A stretch of DNA of 64,000 nt from Octopus sinensis (GCF_006345805.1 NC_043006.1:40114001-40178000), one strand, 5' to 3'; positions 28,111 to 42,546 are shown, numbered from the stretch's first letter. Notes: a model not told the origin generated them from the letters alone. Program-made: numbers and translations.

Positions 28111-28302
28111 AGAGAAGATGGGGAGGAGGAGGTGAAGAAGAAGAAGAAGAAGAAGAAGAAGAAGAAGAAGAAGAAGAAGAAGAAGAAGAAAGAGAAGGAG
28201 CGGGAGGATCAGTTATCTTGTGTGTAAAAAATACAATTGTAAATAAATATTAGAAACAAGAACAGCAGTAGTAGCAGCAGTAGCAGCAGCAGCAGCAGCA
28301 AG

Positions 28303-28333
<31 letters not shown>

Positions 28334-28679
28334 GCAAAAACAACAACAACAACAATAATAATAATAATAATATAATAATAATAATAATAATAATATGATA
28401 ATAATAATAATAATAATAATAATGATGATAATAATGAAGATGAATGCGAGACAAAGCGATGAGGAATTGCGGAAATGTCGTCTGAAAGACATCCTGATCT
28501 TTATCCGGATTGTTTCCATTGATCTGGCAGACACTGGAATCGATACAGATATTCGATTGGAAATAACATTCAGCAATGACGTGCTGGTTACGGTGATATC
28601 CTTCAACACATCTTTATTCTGGCTACTGCTGTTGCTACTGGTGCTGCTACCGCTACGGCTGCTGCTGCCACTGCTGCTG

Positions 28680-28715
<36 letters not shown>

Positions 28716-28716
28716 T

Positions 28717-28749
<33 letters not shown>

Positions 28750-28758
28750 ACCACCACC

Positions 28759-28805
<47 letters not shown>

Positions 28806-29022
28806 ATTTCAATGTATGTGCATATTTCCCTTGTACTTTGTCTGTCTGTTTGTCTCTGTCTGTATGTCTGTCTCACTTTATACGCGCGCTCGCGCACACA
28901 ACACACACATACACACACAAACCCCATCTAAACTATAAAATCCCTGAATAGGTCTAACCCTTATCGGGACTAGACTATTGGTAGGGGACTGTTTCGCTTG
29001 TTCTCCATAACTATCATCATCG

Positions 29023-29059
<37 letters not shown>

Positions 29060-29110
29060 TTCCCTCTTCCTCTCTCTCTTTTCTCTCTCTCCCTCTCTCT
29101 CTCTCTCTTT
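27119..29110. repeat. Compound trinucleotide microsatellite island: (GAT)n, purine tract, (AGT)n, (GAA)n, (CAA)n, (TAA)n, (CTA)n, (CAT)n
   Basis: Directly visible; explains the poly-D/M/E/L ORFs in the track. Confidence 0.95.
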
Positions 29111-29430
29111 CTGTTATTAGCACGAAAGAAAACCCATCAATTCCTTGGAACAAACGAAGCGGGATATAAACAGTCAGTGACGTCACAATCATACAATAAC
29201 TCGCTACCAATAGCGTCACAAACAGATTTTAATTGTTGTCCACGTTAGAACAAAGCAGAGATTTACGACAGCAATCTATAAGAACCCAATTGGTGGGGAA
29301 AATGGTCGCATCAAAAGAAAGGAACAATCGTTTGTCAAAAGGTGAAGAAGACTACAAACAACCAGAACGATTTTGTGGTATATAAGCGAATCGTTTTCAT
29401 TTTCCTTTGGTACTTTCCACCAATAGCTTC

Positions 29431-30413
29431 TTACATTATTTACATTATTTACATTTGACGGATATTTGTCCTCATCTTGTTTGTTGTTAATACAACGTTT
29501 CGGCTGATATACCCTCCAGCCTTCATCAGATGCCCTGCGGAAATTTCGAACCTGGGTTCTCATTTCTCGGGTATTTTCCCGTTGTTGTTGTTGTTGTTGT
29601 TGTTATTATTATTATTCATAACAATTATGCCCTGATGCAGTACCAGGTAGTGGCTCTCGTGGCTTCTGATCTTAACTGATTGGAAGTGTTATTATGTACA
29701 TTATTTTCTTGGTATAAAAGATCGGCTACAGCATATATTCTGCTCAATACCACAGATTTGCTTGTCAGTTGTTTGACTTTAGCCAGTTGAGCATGTCCCT
29801 TAGTGGCTGACGATATGTGCATCTCTGATCACGAGCTGAAGTAGTGGGAGAGCATCATAGTCATGTGTTGAGAGAGATTTTTGGGGGTTTGAATAATCCA
29901 CCTATGGAAACATGGGTGTTTTGTTCAATATCCTTAAACAAACCTTATTCAGGGACCTTTTGAGCGGGATGGGTTACTCGACCAGAAGAAAATTCTAAGT
30001 GGGCCCCACCTGCAAGGTCATGATATGAGAGCACCATGTCACATACATATGGTTGTGATGGATGTGCCTAGTGTACCCTTATCAGACGGGTAGTCATGAT
30101 GGGTATACTGGGCTTCGTATATTTTACCCCAGTGTCACTTTGATGGCATACACTGCATTCTCAATCAATAATAATAATAATAATATAATAATAATAATAT
30201 AATAATAATAATAATAATAAAATAATAACAACATCGAAAAATACCTTAGGAATCATAAACCAGGTTCGAAATTTCCCCAAGACACCTGAGCAGGGCTGGA
30301 GGGTATATCAGCTGGAACGTTGTCTTAACAACAAACAAGATGAGGGCAAATATCCGTCGAATGTAAATAATGTAAATAATGTACACAATTCCTCATCTCT
30401 CAAATATAGAACT
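29431..30413. mobile_element. Family C hammerhead-bearing inverted-repeat element with nested family D insertion
   Basis: Left arm 29431-29585 is inverted relative to right arm 30228-30385. Minus-strand CTGATGA-AGGCTG...CAGCC-GAAACGTT lies at ~29491-29530, with a degenerate plus-strand copy at ~30283-30325. Confidence 0.8.
29628..30167 (+). mobile_element. Retroposon family D in (TAA)n
   Basis: Homologous to 19181-19697; ends in an (AAT)n tail. Confidence 0.8.
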
Positions 30414-30887
30414 ACGCTTTCTTATAGTTCACATTTGTTTTTGTTTGCAAGGACTTTCAGTTTTCAGTTTGTCTGATCTTTAACTTAGAACCATTAACTA
30501 TTCATGAAAAATGTCCTGCAATTCTTCATTTCCTTCATTTATTGGGCAACTGCGAAAAATAAAAAATACTTTTCGCGCGCACACATATATATGCCCTTAT
30601 TAATAATTATATATATGATTTAACCTTAATAGGTCCATTTTTATATGGTAGCCACTGATAAAAAATAAAGAAAAATTTTACCCTTCATGATATATATATA
30701 ATTGCTATCAAGTTGAAAATATAGCCACGAAACACGTGTAGTCTATTTACTAATTATATACTATTTATTTATTATTTAGTACTTTATTTAGTTTTAGGTA
30801 AATGTTTTATCGTATCTTTAACTTCTTTCTATATAATATGATTTATATATCATTGTTGAATTGCTTCATGGTGGTTCTTCTCTAATT

Positions 30888-30945
<58 letters not shown>

Positions 30946-30954
30946 GAATGAACT

Positions 30955-31820
30955 GCACCCATGTTAGGGCATCACCTTGAAGCGTTTAATCGAATAAATC
31001 GTCTCTAGTACTTATTAGTCTGGTACTTATTTTGTTGGGGCTATTTACCGAATTACGGGGGCGTAAACAAACCGACATAGGTTGTCATGATTAGTGGACA
31101 CAGGTGCAAACACAAAGGCGCACACATCTATCGAGCTGGCAGACACGTTTGCGCGCCGGGCGAAATGCTTAGCGGTATTTCGTCTACCGCTACGTTCTGA
31201 GTTCAAATTCCGCCGAGGTCGACTTTGCCTTTCATCCTTTCGGGGTCGATAAATTAAGTACCAGTTACGCACTGGGGTCGATGTAATCGGCTTAATCCGT
31301 GTGTCTGTCCTTGTTTGTACCCTCTATGTTTAGCCCCTTGTGGGTAGTAAAGAAATAGGTATTTCGTCTGTCGTTACGTTCTGAGTTCAAATTCCGCCGG
31401 GGTCGACTTTACCTTTCATCCTTTCGGGGTCGATAAATAAAGTACCAGTTTCGCACTGGGGTTGATGTAATCGACTTAATCCCTTTGTCTGTCCTCGTTT
31501 ATCCCCTCTATGTTTAGCCTCTTGTGGGCAATAAAGAAATCTATCTATCTATCTATACATCCATCCATCCATCCATCCATCCACACATACATACATACAT
31601 ACATACATACATACATACATACATACATACATACATACAAACATACATACATACATACATACATATACATGCATACATATACACGAGGATATTCCACACA
31701 GTTTCCATCTACTATAGTTTGCAGCTATAGTAGAAAACTCGTGCCCAAAGTGTGCCGCACAGTGGGACTGAACCCAGAACGTCATGGTTCTAAAGCTAGC
31801 TTCTTAACCACACAGTCATG
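30955..31820 (-). mobile_element. Old SINE family A copy split by a family B dimer
   Basis: Family A tail half at 30955-31125 and head half at 31690-31820. Confidence 0.7.
31132..31540 (+). mobile_element. SINE family B dimer
   Basis: Head gagctggcagacacgtttgcgcgccgggcg, two tandem bodies, and an atctatc duplication at both ends. Confidence 0.9.
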
Positions 31821-32519
31821 CATGTAACAATATTTCCGTTATTTAAGGCGGTGAACTAAAAATTCATGAGGTTTAAAATCGCTGGCATACATCCTAGGGT
31901 CGTTGGGGCTCGAATGCCATTCCACCACAACATGGACTTGGCCTCGTGGCGGAAGGTCAGTAATATCCCTCCTATCATGTATTGCAGCAGAATCATTCAA
32001 AGAAAATGCTTCCGTCTGCGCCGCTCTCGTATGACTTATTTGACAGCCAGAGACAAAATTTATAAAACAGCAAGGACATAAATCTTGAACATAAATCCAT
32101 TTTCACAGTAGGGTTTATCTGTCCAGACAAGAATTAAACTAAAAATATTCCACCTGGAATGTATGCTGAATTTCTGAAGAAGCCCCAAGAAGTGTGACGT
32201 ACGTGACCTCGCTCAAAATAACTTTTTTTACCTGAAGATATTAACTGCAAATTCCTCTGAAATTTTCCACTATGATGTTTATTACTTTTGAAATTTTAAA
32301 AAACCATAATGGGTTTTCTGGGCTAGTGTTTTTCTCATTTACTTTATTTCCCGTTAAAGACAACGCTGCAGGACACTGATTTATGTCGACGTATGTATAT
32401 AAGTAAATGTCAAACGATGAGAGTAAGAGCTCACCTATGCATTAATGAATAAAATTTCTTCATTTGTGTATTAAGGCTACCATTGGTTTCAAATTAAGAA
32501 AATATATATGTATATATAT

Positions 32520-32707
32520 AGGCGCAGGAGTGGCTCTGTATAGGCGCAGGAGTGGCTGTGTGGTAAGTAGCTTGCTTACCAACCACATGGTTCCGGGTTC
32601 AGTCCCACTGCGTGGCACCTTGGGCAAGTGTCTTCTGCTATAGCCTCGGGGCGACCAAAGCCTTGTGAGTAGATTTGGTAGACGGAAACTGAAAGAAGCC
32701 CGTCGTA

Positions 32708-32751
<44 letters not shown>

Positions 32752-32953
32752 CTTGTGTGTCTGTGTTTGTCCACCTAGCATTGCTTGACAACCGATGCTG
32801 GTGTGTTTATGTCCCCGTCACTTAGCGGTTCGGCAAAAGAGACCGATAGAATAAGTACTAGGATTACAAAAGAATAAGTCCCGGGGTCGAGTTGCTCGAC
32901 TAAAGGCGGTGCTCCAGCATGGCCGCAGTGAAATGACTGAAACAAGTAAAAGA
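32520..32953 (+). mobile_element. SINE family A, young, with duplicated 5' 22 bp
   Basis: ggcgcaggagtggctgtgtggtaagtagc...ggttccgggttcagtccc...aatgactgaaacaagtaaaaga. Confidence 0.92.
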
Positions 32954-33093
32954 AAAAAAAAAAACAGAAAAAAGAAAAATATGTATGTGTGTGTACATGA
33001 TGTATGTGCAAGTGTATATATGTGCATGTGCTCATGTACATAGGTACACATGTGTAAGAATGTGAATGTGGGCGGGTGTGTGTGTGCGCGTGG

Positions 33094-33125
<32 letters not shown>

Positions 33126-34787
33126 ATGTATGTATGTATGTATGTATGTATGTATGTATATGTGTGTGTATATGTGATTACGTGGTGGCATACCGTGCCA
33201 GCTGTGAAGAATGAATAAGGTGACCTCAGATCGAAGGATTCACTTTTTGTCTTCTTCCTTCTTCCTCTTACTCTTTACCTTCCTCCTTCCTTCATCTTGC
33301 CCTTCTTCATGTTCTTTTCCCCTTCTTTTCCACCTTTTACTTTTACTTTTTCCTTTTTTCTTCTTTTCTTCTTTCTTATTTTTTCACACATTTATTTTTG
33401 TATTGTATTTACTTTTTGTATTGTTTTATCATTTTTATATTATTTTTTATATTAAAAATTTTTTTTTCTATCTTTTATTTTCTATTTTTATTTCTTATTA
33501 GTATAATTGTAAGAAAAGCTCAAAACCCATTAGAGTAACTGTAAAACATTACCATTAAAATAAAAATTATCCCCCCAAAAGCCATCTTTACTTTTTTCAA
33601 ATATATTATACCGTACCAAGAAATTTTTTTTATTATTCTATTACATATATGTATGTATGTATGTATGTATGTAAGTATGTATGTATGTATGTATGTATGA
33701 ATGTATGTATGTAAAGAAAATGGAGATTTACGATTGACATTTTGAATATAATTTATTAATAATAATAATATGATATAATATAACATGAATAAAAATGTAA
33801 ATATTAATTACACATACACACACACACACACGCACGCACACGCACGCACACACACAAACACAAACACAAACACATGATAATGTATATTTATGGTTTCTTT
33901 TTTTCAAATGCTATTTTCTTAATAAAACTACGTAATTTTTATTTTGATTGAAATTTTAGTATAAGTAATTACAAATAATGAATATAGTGTAATTTATAAT
34001 ATTATTCACTATTAGCCTTGTGAAGACAAAGTATTGTAATTAATTTATTTTTTGCTATTTAACCATAATTAATAATGCGTTTTTTTTTTTCAGATGAGCG
34101 AATTTTTCTGAATATTTTGTCTGAATAAAATATATTTGTTTCCTAATAGTATGACGAATAAAAGAAGAATTTTCCTGCTCCGCCATAAATTCTTAGTATA
34201 TTATTTAGATTTTTTATATATGAAAAATAATGGGCAGATATATTTCTAGATTAATATTATTAAAAGTGCGCAAGAATATTTATGACGATTATACTTTTTA
34301 TTTATTTTATTTATCTTATTTTTTAATTTTTATTTTCATTATATTCTAAAATTATTGACGTTCATGCTTAAAACATATTTAATGCAGTCTATTCTAGGAT
34401 TTAACAATCCTTACATGAAATTTTGTCAAATATTCCCCTGATGAGTTTCATACACATAAATATGAATTTTTTTATAAATTAGTAATTGAGAAAAAAATCA
34501 AAACAATTTGTAGGATTAATATTTGTATTTCTATTCATATTATATTATTATTGCAATATATTATGTTAATAAATTATATTTAAAATATGTCACTCGTAAA
34601 TCTCCTTTTTCTTTTAATTTTTGTATATTGAATATATACCCTTTTGGGTTGTGAAAAGATTTTCTCTGCCATATTAGGTATTTAGTGAAAAACCAGGGGA
34701 AAAATTGGATGTTTTCCATCTCTATAAAAGAAATTGTTTTTCCTTGTATTGAATTATATATATATACTAGCAGCTAAGCCCGGTTTT

Positions 34788-34820
34788 ACCCGGTCGGTTT
34801 GGATAAAGTGACTGTAAAAC
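34788..34820 (-). mobile_element. Helitron 3' terminus
   Basis: A|CTAG cagctaag CCCGG ttttac CCGG has the same architecture as 6490. Confidence 0.6.
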
Positions 34821-35247
34821 AGTTCTGTGTAAGCATTCGACTTGTTTGGGCACGCTTACGTTAAAAACAATTTTAGAATGACTTTTTCTGTCAAAACGCT
34901 AAAAATAATTGACCAACGAAAAAAAAACAAGATTCAACCAAATCAAATAATAAACCCAAATATTAAGCCAACAAAGATGAACCATGCCACTTCTATTGCG
35001 CGCGCGCGCACATACTCACACAAACATACACATTTTTACATACCCCCCTTTACATACACACACATATATTCACACAGTTGAAACGCTGTTTGATTAATTT
35101 TTTCAGTGTATAATTTTCATCATTCCACTACCAAGTATGACATCACCTCTTCCTTCCTTATTCATCTATCACCCCTTCCTTTCACATTCATAAACACAAG
35201 AGTATTATTATAGCAGATTATCTCGGTAATCATGGAAGCTATGATAA

Positions 35248-35396
35248 AATACAAAGCCCAGCATCACCACCGGATCATTCTACACATCTGTGTAATTTTT
35301 CGTATACATATATACATACGGACACACATATCTATATTGCGCGAAAAATTACAGAGATGTGTAGAATGATCCGGTGGTGATGCTGGGCTTTGTATT
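35248..35396. repeat. Near-perfect 55 bp inverted repeat with 39 nt spacer
   Basis: 35248-35302 versus 35342-35396, one mismatch. Confidence 0.92.
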
Positions 35397-36129
35397 ATAT
35401 ATATATATATATAACGTAAGCAAACTATGTGTCTGTATGTATATATGCATATATATATATATATAAACAAACGATGTGCATTGCGCTACATGAATGTATC
35501 AAGGGTAAAACAGAAAGAATACAAGGGAAAAAGTTAAACGGAAGCAGAGTAAACGGGATAGTAGATGAAAACTAAACGGACAGGAAATTAGACGACAATT
35601 ACACGGAATATTCGCAGCTGAGTTTTCCTCTTCAGTCAAAGACGCAAAATAGCATAACAGTTTCACGCCAATTACCTTTGATACTGTTCAGTTTTGTAGG
35701 CGCCAGTACTTTTATTAAGCTTCTGGGAAAAAGCTAGCGAATGTGCGTCAAGATAGAAGCAAACAAGACGTTATATAAATACAACGGACAGCAAATTATG
35801 CATATACAACAGCACGAAGCCTTACGGCTATATACGAACGAAAAAAAAACATACTGATAATTATAAATGCAGCAGAAAGAGCGTTGTAGCTGTCGAACGA
35901 ACTAAATGGGATTGTGCAAAGAGAAAATAGAATAAGTCCGAAAGGACAGAACGGACTTAACAAGAGCGTGACCAGTCTGGTCACAGGTAGGGCAAAGAAG
36001 AACGACACTGCTTTTACCGGGCACCGATCACGTGGTATGGAAGTGAAAGTGTTGAGAGAAGGAAGAAGGGGTGACAGAGAGAGGGAGAGAGAGAACGAAG
36101 GTGCAGAGGTAGAAAGAGAGAGCAAATGA

Positions 36130-36163
<34 letters not shown>

Positions 36164-36404
36164 AGGGACAGAGTAAGAGAGAGAGGGGGAGGAAAGTGCA
36201 AGCGAGGGCGGAAACGGATGGAGAAAGGGTGAGTAAGAGCAGCAGTGGAAGAAGATAGAGTAAGAAGGAAAGAGGAGGGACAGAGAGAGAGAGTGTGTGT
36301 GTGAAAGAGAGGGAGAGAGAGAGAACAAAAAAGGGAAACAAAAGGAGAAAGAGTGGGTATAGGGTTAAGGGTGGCACAAAAATATTCAAAAAATATTTTA
36401 CGAT

Positions 36405-36848
36405 AGGCATAGGAGTGGCTCTGTGGTAAGTAGCTTGCTTATGAATCACATGGTTCCGGGTTCAGTCTCCCTGCCTGGTACCTTGGGCAAGTGTCTTCTA
36501 CTATAGCCTCGGGCCGACCAAAGCGTTGTGAGTGGATTTGGTAGACGGAAACTGAAAGAAGCCCGTCGTATAGATGTATATATATGTGTGTATATGTGTG
36601 TGTATGTATATGTTTGTGTGTCTGTGTTTGTGCCTCCCCCCAACATCGCTTGACAACCGATGGTGGTGTGTTTACGTCCCCGTAGCTTAGCGGTTCGGCG
36701 AAAGAGACGGATAGAATAAGTTACTAGGCTTACAAAGAATAAGTCCTGGGGTCGATTTGCTCGACTAAAAATTAAAAAGGGCGGTGCCCCAGCATGGCCA
36801 CAGTCAAATGACTGAAACAAGCAAGAGAGTAAAGAGAGTAAAAGAGTA
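36405..36848 (+). mobile_element. SINE family A, full length
   Basis: Complete head-to-tail match with a (GAGTAAA)-type tail. Confidence 0.92.
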
Positions 36849-37269
36849 AGCGGTGTGCATTGCGCTACACGGATGAATCAATGGCGCATGCGCATGATAA
36901 ACACGTACGCACGCACGCACGCACTCGTATATATTACTGGGTACATTCAGTAATACTAATTCAAAAACCACTTCAACGCTGTCGATTAGTAATTTATGCC
37001 ATTTTTCTAATACACTGCAAACTTTTTATTCCGGAGTAACTATTTCTTTGTGTTCGTTTTACGAAAGATACAACTATAAATACGCATTCATTCTCAATAT
37101 GTACATAAATATATATAAATATATATACATGCATGCATATACATATATATGTGTGTGTGTATGTGTGTGCTTTTACTATTTCAATGCATACTTTAAATAT
37201 ATACCATCAGTGCTTTCAATTTGGGCTTTTTTGTGCTTATTTTCCGTTGTTTTATCTTTCATACTAAAA

Positions 37270-37680
37270 TTTTACTTGTACATCACTCACTAAATATTCT
37301 TTAAATCTTTCGTCTCAGAGTTTTTCTATTTCCTCTTTTTCCCCTTTTTTATAAAAATTATCCTTTCACTTTATACGTGCTTTCAAAATGTCCTTTCAAT
37401 ATTTTGTCTCCACGTTCTTTTTTTTCAAAATATCCTTTAAATACATATCACTCCCAAAATTTTGTTTTTCCTATTTCCTTTAAGCGCTCTTTCAAAATAT
37501 TTAAATGTTTTGTCTTAGCTTTCTTTCAAAATGCCATTTAAATATATTTCACTTCTAAAATAACATTTTAAATATTTCCTCTTGGCGATCTATCAAAGTA
37601 TCTTAAAATATTCCATCTAAATATTCTTTCAAAATATCATTTAAATATATACATCACTTCCTAAATAACATTTTTTAAAA
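37270..37680 (+). repeat. Degenerate AT-rich tandem repeat, core TCTTTCAAAATATCNTTTAAATAT
   Basis: The core variants tttcaaaat...tttaaatat recur several times. Confidence 0.6.
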
Positions 37681-38256
37681 GACAAAGATCAACAAAATAA
37701 CTTCTGAAACGTCACCCTCGATGCAGACACAAATACACATAAGATGAAGTATGTCTCAAAATAAAGAACTTACTATGTAACCAACTATTACGAATGGAAG
37801 AGATAACAATACAAGAAAAGAAGCAGAAAAGATACCCAAATATGAAGTTACAATAATTTTTTTTAAAAAGCTGACGGGAAGGATGTTGCTAACAAGCAAC
37901 GAACATGTACAGAAACAAAATAAGATGAAAGCAAAATGTAAAAAAAAAGTATAGGAAAACACAAATAGATATCCCATGAAACAAAAGCAAAACAATATAG
38001 AAAAAGATAGTCGAACATGAAGATAGACCAAAGTTGACAACAGATGAGAACAACTAGAATAGACAACTAAAAAGAATCCGATTAAAAATACGATAACAAT
38101 GACTGCAGCAAAACTAAGAACAATTCACTTCGAAGAACGATAAACTGGAAATGGTATAGGTATATATATACATATACATAAACATATATACTTATACGTG
38201 TGGGTGTATCTTTGTATTGTGCGCCTGTTTGTGTTATGTGTGTGTATAAACGCAGA

Positions 38257-38497
38257 TGTTTATGAAACCGAAGTTACAGCAGTGCTCCAAGACATCATAA
38301 TAGAGAAGAAAAATTACATCGGTATATGCGAAGGCAATTTTAAAAGCTGTTTTGCACGTCACCAGTTTTTTTTGTTTTTGTTTTTCGACATGTTTATAAA
38401 AATAAGGCCACTAAATTTGCTAGCTTTCTATGGGATCTAAAGACCAAATGTATGCCGCATGCAATCAAGTGGAGAATAGTGGAGAAATCTTCGCTAT
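38257..38497 (+). mobile_element. Penelope-like element GIY-YIG endonuclease fragment (Naiad-like)
   Basis: VYETEV...KNYIGICEGNFKSCFARH, then after a frameshift KNKATKFASFLWDLKTK...IKWRIVEKS. This fits the pattern VIY.A.V...YIG..E..FK.R...H...T.LS...W.LK...I.W.I. Ends in (TA)n. Confidence 0.8.
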
Positions 38498-38550
38498 ATA
38501 TATATAAATAAAAGAGATGCAAGCTATATGTCGTATATTATGTACGTATG

Positions 38551-38586
<36 letters not shown>

Positions 38587-38606
38587 ATAATACATTATAT
38601 ATGTAT

Positions 38607-38875
38607 AGGCGCAGGAGTGGCTGTGTGGTAAGTAGCTTGCTAACCAACCACATGGTTCCGGGTTCAGTCCCACTGCGTGGCATCTTGGGCAAGTGTCTTC
38701 TACTATAGCCCCAGGCCGACCAATGCCTTGTGAGTGGATTTGGTAGACGGAAACTGAAAGAAGCCTGTCGTATATATGTATGTATATATATATATGTGTG
38801 TGTATGTGTTTGTGTGTCTGTGTTTGTCCCCCCAACATCGTTTACGTCCCCGTAACTTAGCGGTTCGGCAAAAGA
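38607..38875 (+). mobile_element. SINE family A, 3'-truncated
   Basis: Intact head and body. Confidence 0.88.
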
Positions 38876-39003
38876 TGACCCCAAAATGGGACCGCTTGTG
38901 TTGGATTACATGCTACAAGCAGTGACCTGACATGCAAATACATACATACATACATACAAATACATACATACAAATACATACATGCATACATACATACATA
39001 CAT

Positions 39004-39113
<110 letters not shown>

Positions 39114-40367
39114 CGTACATGCATACGTAGAAAGCTAATCCGAAAAATAGATTCAAACAATCAAAGGAGCTGTCAAAATCTGTAAAACTTTCCAGAAGTT
39201 TAGCATTTAAGTATATATACGCATGTCTAGACATGCAACTATATGCATGAAAATACATACAGAAAGCAAACATACAAACCTGCACGTGCACTGACACCAG
39301 ATGCTGCACATATACACACAATTTTAGTTGTTTTCGTCATTAGACTGCGGCCATGCTGGGGCATCACCTTGAAGAATTTTTAGTCAAATGAATCGACCCT
39401 ATTGCTTATTTTGTTCATATACACATTCGTGATTCCACCTAATTTCAATCCAAGGAATTCACTCGCAACGTATTTGTCACTCCAAGCTATAGAAGAAGAC
39501 ACTTGCCCAAGGTGCCAAGCAGTGGGACTGAAACCGGAACCATGTGGTTGCAGAGCGAGCTTCATAACCACACAGCCATTTGTTTTTCTCTTTGGTGACC
39601 TATGACGAAGATTTTACAACTTCGAGTTGATAATAACGACGTATAGCACATTTTCGTTATTGTAACTTCTTTTATTTGTCCACTTGTACATATAGGTTTC
39701 ACATTTTGGCACAAGGCCAGCAATTTTGAAGGGAGAGGCTAAGTCAATTACATCGACCCCAGTGCTCAACTGCTACTTATTTTATTGACCCCGAAAGGAT
39801 AAAAGGCAAGGTCGACCCCCGTGGTATTTGAACTCCGAACGTAAAGACAGACGAAATGCCGCTAAGAATTTTGCCCGGCGCAGTAAAGATTCTTCAAGCT
39901 TTTGTCTCCTTGTACATATTGGAAGACAAACAGGGTTGAGTTATACATTTCCTAGAACAATTTATTTTCATTGGTTGCAGTATAATTTCATATTTGAAAG
40001 TAGCCTATTGGTTGACCTAGACACTCCCACGAGCAACCGAACAACGTACTATCTCATCCCCCATTTTTCTTACACATGTGGATTTTACCCTGCCCATTTA
40101 TATTAGATTCTAGATAAAGCTTCATGCAGCGTAATACCCAGCCCCTAACCTTTTCAAACTTCCAGAACACGCCTCTTACAACATTGTTCAAACCTGAGGC
40201 TGCAACGAACCCAAACATACCCTCCCGTTCATACGCTTTGAAAGAGGGTATTTTCACTCGAAATATTATTAGTTTATTAAAGAGAGATGTGAGTGTATAT
40301 GTATACATACGGACATATATATATATATATATATACATATATATGTAAAGATATATATATACATATT

Positions 40368-40456
<89 letters not shown>

Positions 40457-40610
40457 CGTACATACATATATAAACTCATATACACACATTTATGTATATA
40501 TATATATATATACATATACATATGCATTTCTTCATACATAGAAATATACATATATGTAAATGTATACATACATCGAGACATGCATACATATATATATATA
40601 TAATATATAC

Positions 40611-40653
<43 letters not shown>

Positions 40654-40757
40654 TATATATATACTATATGCATATCAATCTATCTGTCTATATATATAAT
40701 GTATAATGTAATCTATATATATATATGTGTGTGCGTGTGTGTGTTTGCATGTATATA

Positions 40758-40802
<45 letters not shown>

Positions 40803-41521
40803 ATATATAATATATATTCATATTCATATTGCTTGCGTTGCATAAATGCCAAAGTGCACAATGAAAACCTGTTAATAGACGTAGTGGTGCCAAATATTGC
40901 CTATTTTTGCCAAATAAATCAACACCAACACCGCTTATCCGCTTTTCCATCGAAAAAAATATTAAAATGTTCATTGAGGACGCTCTTAGTGCATGATATA
41001 ATCTATTTTATCAAAGAGCTGTCACTTTCGAGGACTTCTTTGCTATGATAGTCTTCAACGAAGCACCAAATATAAATTGTCATTTAATATTATTTCGTCT
41101 AACTTATCAATGGTAGTGATCCACTCCAAGCTAAATTTACGAGATAATATTATTTAATATTAAATATCATATTTGCTTTTAGTATCTTTACCCGTTTGTG
41201 ATAAGCGCTGTTACGTTCTGTAAACACGTGTAATACATTACATAATATGCAATAATAATATAATATATGATATAATATAATATAATATAATATAATATAA
41301 TATAATATGATATGATATGATATAATATCGCCTATTTTTGTTCGATCACTGTCAGTATAACGAAACACCGGTATACAAAAATATGTAGCTTGAATGTAGC
41401 TTGTAAAATGATAGAATGATTTCATATTTGTTAATACCTGAAGGATTATTGCAAGGAACTTGCCATCAAGATTTTTCGGATCATATACATACATACATAC
41501 ATACATACATACATACATACA

Positions 41522-41552
<31 letters not shown>

Positions 41553-41768
41553 GTATTCTTTTTTTATTCTTTTATTTTTTAGTCATTTGACTGCAGCCAT
41601 TTTGGAGCACCGCCTTTTAGTCGAGCAAATCGACCCCAGGACTTATATTCTTTGTAAGCCTAATACTTGTTCTATCGGTCTTTTGCCGAACCGCTAAGTT
41701 ACGGGGGCTGTAAACACACTTGCATCGGTTGTCAAGCGATTTGTTGGAGGGACAAACGCAGGCACACA

Positions 41769-41843
<75 letters not shown>

Positions 41844-41922
41844 CATATGTATATCTACCTATATATAGGTATGTATGTATATATGTATGTATATATATAT
41901 ATATATATACATGCATATATCA

Positions 41923-42217
41923 CGTGATCACGTGACCGACCAGGCTATCAGATGTTGCTACACATCGCTGGTCACAATGCGTCTTGGCATTGGTTTAGCC
42001 TTCAAATGACGCCACCCCGCTGGCTAAGCGAGCAGGCCAACAGAAGAAAGTGTGAGAGAAAGTTGTAGCGAAAGAGTACAGCAGGGATCGTCCCCCCCCC
42101 CGGAGATTCGTGGAGTTTTTAGGTGTTTTCGCTCAATAAACACTCACAATGCCCGGTCTGGGAATCGAAACGCGATCCTACGACCGCGAGTCCGCTGACT
42201 TACCATTGCGCCTCCAC
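41923..42217 (-). mobile_element. tRNA-derived SINE (family E head, different body)
   Basis: Minus strand GTGGAGGCGCAATGG...GTTTCGATTCCC head, inserted in (TA)n. Confidence 0.75.
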
Positions 42218-42225
42218 ACACACAC

Positions 42226-42292
<67 letters not shown>

Positions 42293-42315
42293 GTGTATAT
42301 ATATATATATCTATC

Positions 42316-42418
<103 letters not shown>

Positions 42419-42493
42419 TATAATATATATATATATAGATGTATATATATATAGACAGACAGGTAGATAGATAGATAGATAGATATATAATAA

Positions 42494-42546
<53 letters not shown>

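Noticed and set aside
27038-28931. Poly-Asp/Met/Ser/Leu ORFs
   Set aside because: Trinucleotide repeat artefacts.
31866-32110. Possible host exon (open frames on both strands, AAG|GTCAGT donor-like site)
   Set aside because: No recognisable homology, no clear acceptor and no partner exons.
33400-34780. Mitochondrial insertion (NUMT)
   Set aside because: Very AT-rich with a hydrophobic stretch, but no recognisable mitochondrial protein, rRNA or tRNA.
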